A stretch of DNA of 64,000 nucleotides, from the IMG/VR virus record IMGVR_UViG_3300010354_000079, positions 1 to 64,000 of that record. The stretch is one strand, 5' to 3'. The notes under the pieces are model-generated. The model was not told the origin of the DNA. It was given only the letters and a program-made list of their open reading frames with translations, and did not search any database. A program made the position numbers and the translations under genes. This DNA is from a virus. Numbering within the stretch: position 1 is the first letter of the stretch; each line of letters starts with the position of its first letter. Shown piece after piece: positions 53,971-63,228 of this stretch.

Positions 53971-54039
53971 TTATTATACCTCTTTTCTCGGCAAGGGTGG
54001 GTCGGTAAACCGGCTTCTCCTTGGGCGGGTTCCCGCCCT
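53971..54039 (-). promoter_or_regulatory. cassette E17 (type A + GGTTTACC repeat; TATAAT)
   Basis: GGGCGGGAACCCGCCC...CCGGTTTACCGACCCACCCTTGCC...TATAAT. Confidence 0.5.
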
Positions 54040-54041
54040 TC

Positions 54042-54368
54042 TCAGCTCCGTTCCAGCAGCTTGCTTTCCAGTTCAACGTCTACGATCTCGTACCAGTCAC
54101 ATTTCCTTCCGTTTATACTGGTAATTTCACGAGTTTCCTTCACTTGTCCTCTTCGAGGACCCGATTTAAATAGTTCCTCCACGGTTTCAGTATGTATCTG
54201 AGATTTTGCTTCCTGTTGGGTTTCGAAAAAGCCCACCCAATCACCCGTACCTGCTGAGGGGTAGTAAGCATCTCCTGCGATCAATAAATAAGGTTTTTCC
54301 ATTTTCAGGCGGTTAATCATAAAAGTCTCGGGGTTCTTCATAAGGCGCTGAGCACCCTGTGAACGCAT
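54042..54368 (-). CDS. hypothetical protein
   Basis: ORF track; stop overlaps cassette E17. Confidence 0.35.
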   Translation of the reverse strand: MRSQGAQRLMKNPETFMINRLKMEKPYLLIAGDAYYPSAGTGDWVGFFETQQEAKSQIHTETVEELFKSGPRRGQVKETREITSINGRKCDWYEIVDVELESKLLERS

Positions 54369-54656
54369 ATTGTTTGTTGTTCATGCGATACCAGTCATGG
54401 TTGAGAGCGTATCAGAAATTCATCCCCCAGCCGTCGTAGTACACTAGCCCTTCGGTGTGTCCAGACAAACACCATTTTATGGTTGAATCAGGCACAGTCA
54501 TCCAGATCTTCCACAAGTTCAAGATTATGAGGGTTATTCTCATGAGTAGTACTTTTCGATGTAGTCGGGGTCAAAGTCCCTAAGTTCTTCGTAGCTCTAT
54601 TTCGGAGACTTCTCCGCCGAGATTGGCCAGAGCTCCCTCAGGGAGAGCGTAATGGA

Positions 54657-55256
54657 CTAGGCGGAGCCGAGAACGAAACGGACAAAGCGCTTAACAACGA
54701 TGTTTTCACCAACGGTTGCAGCAAAGTTTTTCACATAGGTCTCGACTGAGATTGTCCCGTCTTTGAGGTAAGGGTAGTCCATAAGGCACAACTCTTGAAG
54801 ACGCTTTGCGACGCGACCTTCAACAATCTTGTTTCGAATCTCCGGAGGCTTCCTTTCGAGGTCGCCCCTTCCCATTTCGATGCGAGTTTCGGAAAGAAGA
54901 ATCTCTTCCGGAATTTCTGAAGCGGACACAAACTGGATCAGCGGATAAGCAGCGACTTGCATCGCCAGGTTGTGAACAAGGTCTTGAAACGGTTTTGATT
55001 TTGCTACGAAATCCGTTTCACAGTTGACTTCGATCAAAACGCCCAGCTTTCCGCCAGTGTGGATGTAGCTTGCTACAACCCCCTCAAGCGTCTTTCGACC
55101 TACCTTACCATCCGCAATTGAAATTCCTTTTTGCCGGAGCCATGTGATTGCCCCTGCCTCATCCCCCTCAGAGTGAATAAGAGCTTCTTTGCAGAGCATC
55201 ATTCCTGCCCCGGTCTTCTCTCGCAGAGCCTTGATTTGTGAAAGCGAAATGGTCAT
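54657..55256 (-). CDS. tsf: translation elongation factor Ts (short form)
   Basis: IKALREKTGAGMMLCKEAL...LRQKG...GVLIEVNCETDFVAKS. Confidence 0.8.
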   Translation of the reverse strand: MTISLSQIKALREKTGAGMMLCKEALIHSEGDEAGAITWLRQKGISIADGKVGRKTLEGVVASYIHTGGKLGVLIEVNCETDFVAKSKPFQDLVHNLAMQVAAYPLIQFVSASEIPEEILLSETRIEMGRGDLERKPPEIRNKIVEGRVAKRLQELCLMDYPYLKDGTISVETYVKNFAATVGENIVVKRFVRFVLGSA

Positions 55257-55276
55257 TGTTTGTTGGTTTTGAAGAG

Positions 55277-55597
55277 TTATGCTGGTTCGTAGGAAACTAC
55301 GGTAACTTCTCGCATGGGAAAGAATTTGTACTCATGTTCAACGTCTGAAAAACCCATGGTCTCAGAATAGACTCGAGAGACTTGCGTGATCCCGAGAAGG
55401 CCACCGCAGACGCTGATTACTTCGGTTGAAGTCTCATACCAGCGCCTTTTGTCTGGGTTCAAGTCCGAAGCTAAAGTCTCGTAACCGTCCGAAAAGTACT
55501 CATCCTGGATGTCATCGGGAATGTCGTCTATCCAGGTACTGGATTGTTTTAACTTTAATTCTTGTAACCTTTCTAGGAGATTCTGAAACTTGTCCAC
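55277..55597 (-). CDS. hypothetical acidic protein (106 aa)
   Basis: ORF track. Confidence 0.35.
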   Translation of the reverse strand: MDKFQNLLERLQELKLKQSSTWIDDIPDDIQDEYFSDGYETLASDLNPDKRRWYETSTEVISVCGGLLGITQVSRVYSETMGFSDVEHEYKFFPMREVTVVSYEPA

Positions 55598-55922
55598 TCG
55601 CTTGTTTTCTGCGGCTGCAACAGGATTATAGCACCCTGGCCCGAAAGGAAACCCAGGCTAGCAGCTGGCCAAGATCACAAGTCCGGACAGAGAGAAAGAG
55701 CGGCGGCCTGGGCTTCAAGAATGTCGTATCTCCAGTCTTGTCCGTAAAACTCAAAAGTTTCCGCCTTCCCTATGTAAATAGAAGAAAGCGTGGCTTTTCG
55801 AACGGCTTCGTATTCCCCTTCTCCTGCTCTTCTTAGGGAGCAGTAAGTCTCAGCGTAGACACTGGAGGATATCATTAAGGCCACTAAGGGAATCATAACC
55901 TTTTCACTGAGCACATGGAAAG

Positions 55923-56153
55923 TTACCGAGGAAGGATTCGAAGGACTGACAGGGCTAACAGAATAACTATTACAAAAACGAATCCTATCCACCAAACAGG
56001 ATCCGTAGGAAGACCGCGAGTTTGAAGAACTCCGTCTACAAAGTGATGGTGGATTGCGACGATAGCTAGAGCCACACAAAGTGACACAAAAGCCATACGA
56101 CCGAGAACAATGAACGACACTATGAGAGCTAAGGATTCCATAAAATTACTCAA
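55923..56153 (-). CDS. small membrane protein (paralog of 1616..1849)
   Basis: see 1616..1849. Confidence 0.45.
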   Translation of the reverse strand: MSNFMESLALIVSFIVLGRMAFVSLCVALAIVAIHHHFVDGVLQTRGLPTDPVWWIGFVFVIVILLALSVLRILPR

Positions 56154-58089
56154 AGATTACCCAAGCGGGTGTGTTAGAAGGGGAAAAGTGCAGGGGCCCA
56201 AGTCTAACTCCTCGAAAGACTGCCACCCTTTCAGGAACTCCGCTTTTCCAAGATAAGAAAGTAGTGTTACCAAAAACAGTAGTCTGATAGTTTCCGGGGA
56301 CGAGACGAACCTTGTCTTGAGCGGGATTGAAGTCGGTTATCATTGCGTAATCTGATATACCCGACGTTCTATTGGAGCCATCGTTATAGAAAACGTACGG
56401 GACACCATTTCTCCTCTGACCAAGACGAAATACGTCGTTCCCTGAACCACCCGTAAGGGTGTCAATCTTTCCTTTTCCGAGGGTTAATAGACTTGTTCCC
56501 GTTGCGGGAATCCCTGCAATGTAATCGACTCCACTTGTCCCAGTAATAGAGTCGTTCGAGCTGGTCCCCCATATCACGGATATACCGGGACCGGGATAAT
56601 TGTCCCCGAGTTGGGAAAGCATCGCGGTTATGTTTAGTCTCCCCCTGGAAGAGACTTTTCCGACAAGTGAAGTCGTAGGGGATGAAGTAGATAGGGCCAC
56701 TTGGGAAACCTCTCTTTTTCCAGCGGCAGGGAATGAAGACTTCGCCAAAGCAAGAGCGCCCATCACATGGGGTGTCGCCATCGAAGTTCCACTTAGGCTG
56801 GTGTAGGTATTTCCGGGTGCCGTAGACTGGATTCCCCCTCCGGGAGCTCCAATCTTAACAACAGGGGAGCCAAAGTTGGAGAACCAAGACAGATTCCCGT
56901 TCGGGTCAATCGAGGCCACAGGGAGAACAGCTTCCCAACCCGCGGAGCTCAGGGTGGAATAACTCGCAGGGTAGAACGGAATTGAGACTATATTTGTCGA
57001 GGAATTTCCAGCGGCTGCGACAAAATGGATATTCTTAAGAGCAGCGTTATTGATCGCAGTCTCAAGCATCGAGAGGGCTCCCCCTCCTCCCCAGGAGTTA
57101 TTTGTTCCAAGGTAAGTGGCGGGGGAAGTGGGGGAAAACTCTTTATCGTTCAGGAAAGCAACACCTGTGAAGTAGTCGACAGCGAGTGCCCCATCCGAAC
57201 TCCATCCAGACCCCTCAAAGCTCAGAAATTTTAACGGAACTATCAAAACGTTCCAATTCACCCCTGCTACTCCCACCCCATTACCACCGATTCCACCGAT
57301 CGTCCCGGCAACGTGAGTCCCGTGGTAGTGATCATCCATGGGGTCGTTGTCCCCATTCACCCAGTCCCAACCGATTAGGTCATCGACGTATCCGTTTCCG
57401 TCATTGTCAAGCCCGTCCTCCCATCGAGAATCTGAAAGCAGATCGGCAGCATCAATCCTCCCATTTTCATTGAAGTCCGTGACGTACGTGGAGTTCGCGG
57501 GCTGGTTCAAGTCACGAAAAGTGATAAGACCGTCAGCGTCAGTGTCTGCGAGAGAAGAATAAAAACTCAGTGTCTTGATCTCCCCAGGGTTCAGCCAAAT
57601 GTTTAAGTACAGGTCGGGGTGTGTGTGATCCACTCCTGTGTCGATAACCCCTACAACAACTTTTGTACTCCCAACGTAGCCTTGGGACCAGGCCCGCTCC
57701 GCTTGCGATCCATAAACATTTGTTGTGTTTGGTGGCCCAGAGTTTGGAGAGTCGTTTGAGTACATACCCCAGAGATTTCCCTGGGTGTAAATGGTATCAT
57801 TACTAACTTCCTCTATGGAAACTCTTGAGTCTTGCTCTACATTGAGAATGTTCGGATCTCGCTTCAGGGTCTCGATCGTCTTGTTTAGGTCCGTTCCCGT
57901 TGGCAAAACAAAACGTCGAAAGGTAGAGTTTCCGATACGAAAATCGTTCTTTCCAAGTTTCAAAGGGGAAGAACGAGAAGGGGGTTTTGTTGTGATGATT
58001 ATACGCTTCTCTTCAACAGCCCCAGCCGTTGTCCCAAAAAGAAATACGGACGCGAGAAAAGCTAAGGAGAGGCTGGAAAAACGAGTCAC
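56146..58089 (-). CDS. subtilisin-like (S8) serine peptidase with C-terminal RTX-like Ca-binding repeats; secreted
   Basis: signal peptide; VGVIDTGVDHTHPDL (Asp), HGTHVAGTIGG (His), GTSMATPHVMG (Ser); GGSGNDVF repeats. Confidence 0.75.
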   Translation of the reverse strand: MTRFSSLSLAFLASVFLFGTTAGAVEEKRIIITTKPPSRSSPLKLGKNDFRIGNSTFRRFVLPTGTDLNKTIETLKRDPNILNVEQDSRVSIEEVSNDTIYTQGNLWGMYSNDSPNSGPPNTTNVYGSQAERAWSQGYVGSTKVVVGVIDTGVDHTHPDLYLNIWLNPGEIKTLSFYSSLADTDADGLITFRDLNQPANSTYVTDFNENGRIDAADLLSDSRWEDGLDNDGNGYVDDLIGWDWVNGDNDPMDDHYHGTHVAGTIGGIGGNGVGVAGVNWNVLIVPLKFLSFEGSGWSSDGALAVDYFTGVAFLNDKEFSPTSPATYLGTNNSWGGGGALSMLETAINNAALKNIHFVAAAGNSSTNIVSIPFYPASYSTLSSAGWEAVLPVASIDPNGNLSWFSNFGSPVVKIGAPGGGIQSTAPGNTYTSLSGTSMATPHVMGALALAKSSFPAAGKREVSQVALSTSSPTTSLVGKVSSRGRLNITAMLSQLGDNYPGPGISVIWGTSSNDSITGTSGVDYIAGIPATGTSLLTLGKGKIDTLTGGSGNDVFRLGQRRNGVPYVFYNDGSNRTSGISDYAMITDFNPAQDKVRLVPGNYQTTVFGNTTFLSWKSGVPERVAVFRGVRLGPLHFSPSNTPAWVIFE

Positions 58090-58127
58090 AAAACTAAAGG
58101 TAGCTACGAGACTTTACCCGTTTCGCT

Positions 58128-59219
58128 TTAGGTCATAAAGCCGATTGTTTTTGAGTCTTTTTTCTGAGTGTACGATTGCTTGTTAAACAGCTCAGCTAGA
58201 GAGATACTCTGCTCAGGAAGATCAAGCTGGAATCCGCGCTTCTCAGCCACCACTTCAGCCTGCTTTCGTGAGAGAGGCTTAAAGTCCAGAACGTCGAAGC
58301 AGCGGCCTGGTCGAACCAGAGCTTCATCAATTTTATCAAGGCTCAGATTCGTGGTGAGAATAATCTTCTTTTCTGGCTTTGACACGATTCCGTCCCCAAG
58401 ACTAAGAAACTTGTTAACTACAGTGTTTCCCTCGTCGCGCCTTGTAAGAAACGCGTCCGCATCTTCAAGAATAAAGTAGTCGGAAGTCCCCTGAAGGAAA
58501 CTTACGAAAAAAGAGTCCTCCTTGATCAAATCGGAGTCAAAGGTCATTAGGGCTTTCACGTCTAAGTGAAGAAGCATTCCTCGAATGAACGAAGATTTTC
58601 CCGTTCCGTGAGGGCCACGTAGAAGAAGGAGAGAGGAAGAAGAGTTGTGAAAACGCTCGTAATATTCGTGAAGAGTTTCCCCGTTTAGGAAGGGGTACAT
58701 CTCCGTGAAAGGGCGATTCTCTGGTCGGATCTCTACTGATTGGCCTCGCGCCGTCGCTGTACTCTTGTTATAGAAGTAGAGTTCGAGAGTCTTCTTCGAA
58801 AAGTCATTCTTTTTGATTTTGAAAAACTTGCTTATAACTTCCTCAAGTTTATCAAATAAAGTTTCGTCTCCATAAAGAGTAACAACGCTGCGTGTTATTG
58901 AAAGACTTAAAAAGAGGCGATCGCAATACAGTTGTAGATACCTTCCAAAACAATGTGCTAAAGACTCACAAAGAGTGAGTTTTTGAATTTCTTCCCGCAG
59001 GGTGTCTAAAACTCGATTCAGGTCTATTGTGTAATCATTCTCGAAGTACAGAATACGGCTGTGAATGGCCTCTTTCCTGGAGTCAAAATCGGCAACCAAA
59101 CAGTTGAGGTAATGAACGGAAAAAGTTCTATCGTCGTCTGTCCTGGTGGCTTCTACATAAGTTATTAAAGAACCAAAAGGGCCTACTGGATGTGAGTCTT
59201 GAGTCATCAGTCGTGGCAA
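58128..59219 (-). CDS. AAA+ ATPase (BCS1-like)
   Basis: LLLRGPHGTGKSSF Walker A, ILEDADAF Walker B, RPGR sensor. Confidence 0.65.
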   Translation of the reverse strand: MPRLMTQDSHPVGPFGSLITYVEATRTDDDRTFSVHYLNCLVADFDSRKEAIHSRILYFENDYTIDLNRVLDTLREEIQKLTLCESLAHCFGRYLQLYCDRLFLSLSITRSVVTLYGDETLFDKLEEVISKFFKIKKNDFSKKTLELYFYNKSTATARGQSVEIRPENRPFTEMYPFLNGETLHEYYERFHNSSSSLLLLRGPHGTGKSSFIRGMLLHLDVKALMTFDSDLIKEDSFFVSFLQGTSDYFILEDADAFLTRRDEGNTVVNKFLSLGDGIVSKPEKKIILTTNLSLDKIDEALVRPGRCFDVLDFKPLSRKQAEVVAEKRGFQLDLPEQSISLAELFNKQSYTQKKDSKTIGFMT

Positions 59220-59707
59220 CCTCCAAAATCGTCCACATTGAAACCTTCCCGAGTGGCAATGACTTTGGAGTCTTCGCTGAACATACTCTTAAGCACAGGC
59301 TCGAGAACAAGGGAATGAACTAATCTTGTAAGCGCATTCGTCCATTCTTCACTCACTCCCTCTGGTGCGGGTGACCCCCATTTCCCTCCGAAGTAACAAT
59401 CAGACCAGACTTCCTCATTCTCCCCTTCATACTCACAATGTCGAAAGTCTTCCAGGTCAGGCCCTTTGGCGTTTGTGAACGACATTTCCTGAACAGAAAA
59501 CTCGCAAGGGTCTCCGTCGTTGAAGTAAGGTGCGTACTGAGTCCAGATAACTGCCTCGACTCCAGGATTCTTCTCCCAGAACTTTGCAAAGAACGCCAGA
59601 AACTCCGCTTCCGCGTTTTTCTGAAGCTCGTCATACGCCTGCCTCAGACGTTCGAGCGCGAAAAGTTCGTTGTCTATTTGGTTTGCGAGTTCTTTTTGGT
59701 CAGTCAT
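59207..59707 (-). CDS. hypothetical protein, tandem paralog A (start MTDQKE)
   Basis: QYAPYFNDGDPCEFSVQE...ATREGFNVDDFGGCHD shared with the neighbouring gene. Confidence 0.45.
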   Translation of the reverse strand: MTDQKELANQIDNELFALERLRQAYDELQKNAEAEFLAFFAKFWEKNPGVEAVIWTQYAPYFNDGDPCEFSVQEMSFTNAKGPDLEDFRHCEYEGENEEVWSDCYFGGKWGSPAPEGVSEEWTNALTRLVHSLVLEPVLKSMFSEDSKVIATREGFNVDDFGGCHD

Positions 59708-60218
59708 GGTCGCAAGTCTGGATTGAGAAGCCCTCTCGAGTAGCAACAACAGTGCAATCTTCCCCAAAAAGACTTTTCAAAAGGTTCTCTGTGGGTGGGG
59801 AGGTGATAAAGTTCTCAAGAGCTTTCAAGTTATCCGGGTCAACATACTTTTTGGTTTCAGGGTCATCATAAAGTTCCCACCATGTCCCTTCAATTTCCCC
59901 TCCCTTCCCTTCAGGGTCTCGAACTAGGCCTAGAACCTCGATCTCCCTGTCAGTTAGACGACTGAGAATCGCTTTACGCTCAGAGTCTTTAGGTGTCTCA
60001 GAGGTGATTGTGAAATTTGGCTCATATACGCTAAACGTGCAGGCATCCCCATCGTTAAAGTATGGAGCGTACTGATCCCATTTAACTTCTTTCACTCGGG
60101 GATTCGCTTCCCAGAAGAGCTCAAAAAGGCCTTTGAACCTGGCTCGCATCTCCGTTTGAAACCTGGCTTGTTCGTTTTGAAAGTCCTCAACGAAATTGCT
60201 GAACTGTGTAGTTTCCAT
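59700..60218 (-). CDS. hypothetical protein, tandem paralog B
   Basis: QYAPYFNDGDACTFSVYE...ATREGFSIQTCDHD. Confidence 0.45.
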   Translation of the reverse strand: METTQFSNFVEDFQNEQARFQTEMRARFKGLFELFWEANPRVKEVKWDQYAPYFNDGDACTFSVYEPNFTITSETPKDSERKAILSRLTDREIEVLGLVRDPEGKGGEIEGTWWELYDDPETKKYVDPDNLKALENFITSPPTENLLKSLFGEDCTVVATREGFSIQTCDHD

Positions 60219-60222
60219 TTTG

Positions 60223-60585
60223 TCAATCTGAAAGTGGAATGAATCGAGTTGTTTTTTCGGAACCTCTTTTGGTACCGGACATCCAGGGTTGAGGAGTCAT
60301 GTTGTCGAGATAGCGCTCGACAGTGGGAATGAATCCGAGATCCTGAATAATGTGGTCCTCAGCTACATCTCGCGGGGAGTAAGTGATTCCGGACGAGTTT
60401 TCCCGAGTGCGACCGAAAACGCGCTCGACCAAAAAGCAGCCGAATGAGTTGTGGAGAATTGCACGATGGCGAAAGTCAGGAAAAGCCGACTTGGGACTGT
60501 CAATAAAATCGTCGATGTCGGCATAATCCTCTGGACTCCCGCCGTACTTTTTGGCATGCATGCGGCCATGCAAGAATGGTTTCAT
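60223..60585 (-). CDS. hypothetical protein (120 aa)
   Basis: ORF track. Confidence 0.35.
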   Translation of the reverse strand: MKPFLHGRMHAKKYGGSPEDYADIDDFIDSPKSAFPDFRHRAILHNSFGCFLVERVFGRTRENSSGITYSPRDVAEDHIIQDLGFIPTVERYLDNMTPQPWMSGTKRGSEKTTRFIPLSD

Positions 60586-60784
60586 CGTGGTTTCCGGTGG
60601 GTCAATTCTGGTAAAGAACCTCTGCTTGAACCTGCTTGTAGAGACTTCTACGATTCCGATCAGTCTCTTTCACTTCCGGGAGACTTTCGGGAAGCTCACT
60701 CAACAGGCGGACTTGAAGGTCCTTGGACTTGATCTCGGGAATGCGACTCATTTGGTAGTTCTTCCGAAAAGTTAATGGATCTTC

Positions 60785-61036
60785 TTAAAACTGGAGGGCG
60801 TACTTTCCGATCGCCTTCGTTGAAACGCTTGCGGTAAATGCTAGAGGGAAGTACACTTGGCCGTTTTGAAAGTGGAGACGGAAGTATTCCTTGATCAAAG
60901 TTCTTTCAAAGCCATCTTCCGAAAGGTTCTCGATCTTTCGAAGAAGACTCTGGAAGGTAGAGGAACTTCGGAGAAGTTCGCACTCTCGCTCTAAGCGTTC
61001 AGCGCGATTGTGAAGATCGCCTTTAGATCGTCGCAT
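60785..61036 (-). CDS. hypothetical protein (83 aa)
   Basis: ORF track. Confidence 0.35.
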   Translation of the reverse strand: MRRSKGDLHNRAERLERECELLRSSSTFQSLLRKIENLSEDGFERTLIKEYFRLHFQNGQVYFPLAFTASVSTKAIGKYALQF

Positions 61037-61053
61037 CTTAATTAAGGGAAAAC

Positions 61054-61126
61054 GCCTTGGGCAGGACTAGAACCTGCGACCCTCGCTTTAGGAAAGCGAT
61101 GCTCTATCCTGCTGAGCTACCAAGGC
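61054..61126 (-). tRNA. tRNA-Arg (anticodon CCU)
   Basis: acceptor GCCUUGG/CCAAGGC, D-arm GCUC-AGCAGGAUA-GAGC, anticodon arm UCGCU-UUCCUAA-AGCGA, T-arm GCAGG-UUCUAGU-CCUGC; 73 nt. Confidence 0.75.
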
Positions 61127-61173
61127 TTCAGAAGTTTTGTTCGAGGCTAGTTTACACAGTTTGAAAAATAGAT

Positions 61174-61866
61174 TCACTCACCCCTGCCTCTGGAGAGCTT
61201 TATTAATCTTTCTAGATCTCCTTGGTACTTAGTAATGGTATCCCACATTCTTAAGTTATTTCTATCTTGTGCTTGCTCAAGCAAATCCCCAGTGAATAAC
61301 CTTGCCAAGACATTCCTTCCCCTCTGTCTTTGTTGTAACTGGTCCTTAGCATCTTCTATCGCGACTCTAAATGTCTCTATCGCTTTGTCTCTTTCGTCCT
61401 TAGAAGAGTCTTTCTTCCGTTCAACGATACTCCGGGCTTTATCGAAAGACTCCTTCATTTTTCGTTCGGACTTAGCGGGGGCTGAAGCAACCACATTTCT
61501 AACTTTGGATCTCTTGGGGGCTCTTATTCGCATTTCGGATATAGCATTTTTGAGCCTTCCATACCTTTCGATCTCTTTGTCGGTGGGAGTGTATTCTGGA
61601 TTATTAATACTCTTCTCCATAATCCTTAATGCGTTTTCAGCCTTCTCCAAGGGAGTGTACCCCCTTCCAAGGGGGTTCTTTAAGTCGTGTAAAGGAACTT
61701 CTGTACCTTTCCTACAATTTCCGGAAGTTCCGTAAAATGTACCATTCGGCCTCACGCAGCGTGTGAAGTCATAAGAACCCTTTGTTTCGTTAAAATTTGA
61801 CTGCATGATTTCTGATGCCAGTTGGTTAAACTTTATAAGGGACTCTTCGGAGAATGAACCAGTCAT
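61174..61866 (-). CDS. N-module family protein (230 aa, coiled-coil C-terminus)
   Basis: MTGSFSEESLIKF...YDFTRCVRPNGTFYGTSGNCRKGTE. Confidence 0.5.
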   Translation of the reverse strand: MTGSFSEESLIKFNQLASEIMQSNFNETKGSYDFTRCVRPNGTFYGTSGNCRKGTEVPLHDLKNPLGRGYTPLEKAENALRIMEKSINNPEYTPTDKEIERYGRLKNAISEMRIRAPKRSKVRNVVASAPAKSERKMKESFDKARSIVERKKDSSKDERDKAIETFRVAIEDAKDQLQQRQRGRNVLARLFTGDLLEQAQDRNNLRMWDTITKYQGDLERLIKLSRGRGE

Positions 61867-62130
61867 AACATTGAGTTAGTTACCTAATAGTTTACCCTAT
61901 ATAGTCCTCAGGGTCGTCATTCGTTGGCCATCTCAAGCCATCCGAAGTTCAGCTCGTGCCAGAAGATTGATAGTAAGTCGGAAGGAGAGTTTTCTTAGAC
62001 TTAATAGAAATTTCTAATTCGGTCATCGACGAGACCGAAAATCACCCAGGCCCAAAAAACAGTGGGGCTGTGAATAGCTTGCAGAGGCTTCTTCATTTTT
62101 CGCTTTCTGGCAGGGTTTCTGTAGACGCAG

Positions 62131-62520
62131 TCATAGGAGGGGCTCTATCTCGTCGAGCCTATCGAGCTCTTTTCGAAGATTTTCCGGAATTTCGATATTA
62201 TCGAGAGACTCTCGAAGACTCATCAGCCGAAGAAGCTTATCTCGAAATACATCCTCAAGAGACAATTCAGACACTTCGGGCTGAGCATTCCCAAAGGTGA
62301 GAGTATTGAGAAACCACTCTCGGGATATATTTCGAAAGTTTTCCTGAGAAGGATTCGCGTTGTTGGAAGAACACCATTTCAGATAGTCTTTGGGGGAGAA
62401 GACCACCGTATGTGTAACTTTAACAGGGTTTAGGTCGGTCATTAAAGGGTTCAAGAGATTTAAACTAGCGGGGTCACTGCAGGTTAACGGGGTGAAACCC
62501 ATGTTTGCTCCGGCTTTCAT
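62131..62520 (-). CDS. hypothetical protein (129 aa)
   Basis: ORF track. Confidence 0.35.
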   Translation of the reverse strand: MKAGANMGFTPLTCSDPASLNLLNPLMTDLNPVKVTHTVVFSPKDYLKWCSSNNANPSQENFRNISREWFLNTLTFGNAQPEVSELSLEDVFRDKLLRLMSLRESLDNIEIPENLRKELDRLDEIEPLL

Positions 62521-62630
62521 AGCCCCCAGGACACCAGGACGAGGGAAAAGATCCGACTAGGGTGACGATCGAAATGCTGGCTAGCGTAAGGGAAAAGTTG
62601 GTCATTTTGATGTAGTTTTAACCTGACCCT

Positions 62631-62858
62631 TCAAAATTCCTTTATTGAGCCCTTGGAGGGTTCTTCTCTTCGGGAACAAAGACTCGGGAGCTCTACACAA
62701 GTTTTGTACGTGTTCCAGATCGCCTTTCTCACCTCCGCATCCCTCCGAATGTCGGAAAAGTGAGATGAGATAATTGCCCCTGTTGTACCCGCCACCAAAA
62801 GACCAAGAAGGTAAGTGGGATAGGAAACATCGGGGAGTTTCAGGGTTGGTTTGGTCAT
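62631..62858 (-). CDS. hypothetical small membrane protein
   Basis: ORF track; hydrophobic stretch. Confidence 0.35.
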   Translation of the reverse strand: MTKPTLKLPDVSYPTYLLGLLVAGTTGAIISSHFSDIRRDAEVRKAIWNTYKTCVELPSLCSRREEPSKGSIKEF

Positions 62859-62871
62859 TCTCAGGTGGGTT

Positions 62872-63177
62872 TCAGTAAACGTAGACGCTTTTACGTTCCC
62901 TCTCGCGAAGGTAGCTGGAATACCAAGTGTGAGCGCTCCCCGAACTTACTTCGCTCACCATGTTTCGGAGAATCCACTCCCGTTTCGAGGGCTCCGAGGA
63001 ATTTCGAAACTGAACGTAACAGAAGCCAGCCCAATAATCCAGAAAGGTGGAATCCTCACTAGGAAAAAGGGATTGAAGTAAGGACCCAAGCTCGGTTCTT
63101 GCCTCGTATCCCGCCCTCACTCTTAAAACGGCTTTTTGGACAAGGCTCTCTTGGTTTTGAGACAGACAGGTTTCCAT
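62872..63177 (-). CDS. hypothetical protein (101 aa)
   Basis: ATG 6 nt after CATAAT of cassette E18. Confidence 0.4.
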   Translation of the reverse strand: METCLSQNQESLVQKAVLRVRAGYEARTELGSLLQSLFPSEDSTFLDYWAGFCYVQFRNSSEPSKREWILRNMVSEVSSGSAHTWYSSYLRERERKSVYVY

Positions 63178-63181
63178 ATCC

Positions 63182-63228
63182 CTATTATGGGGCTAAGGGG
63201 CGTAAAAGTAAAGGGCGGATAACCGCTC
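63182..63228 (-). promoter_or_regulatory. cassette E18 (type A variant; CATAAT, ATG +6)
   Basis: GAGCGGTTATCCGCCCTTTACT-N17-CATAATagggatATG. Confidence 0.5.
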
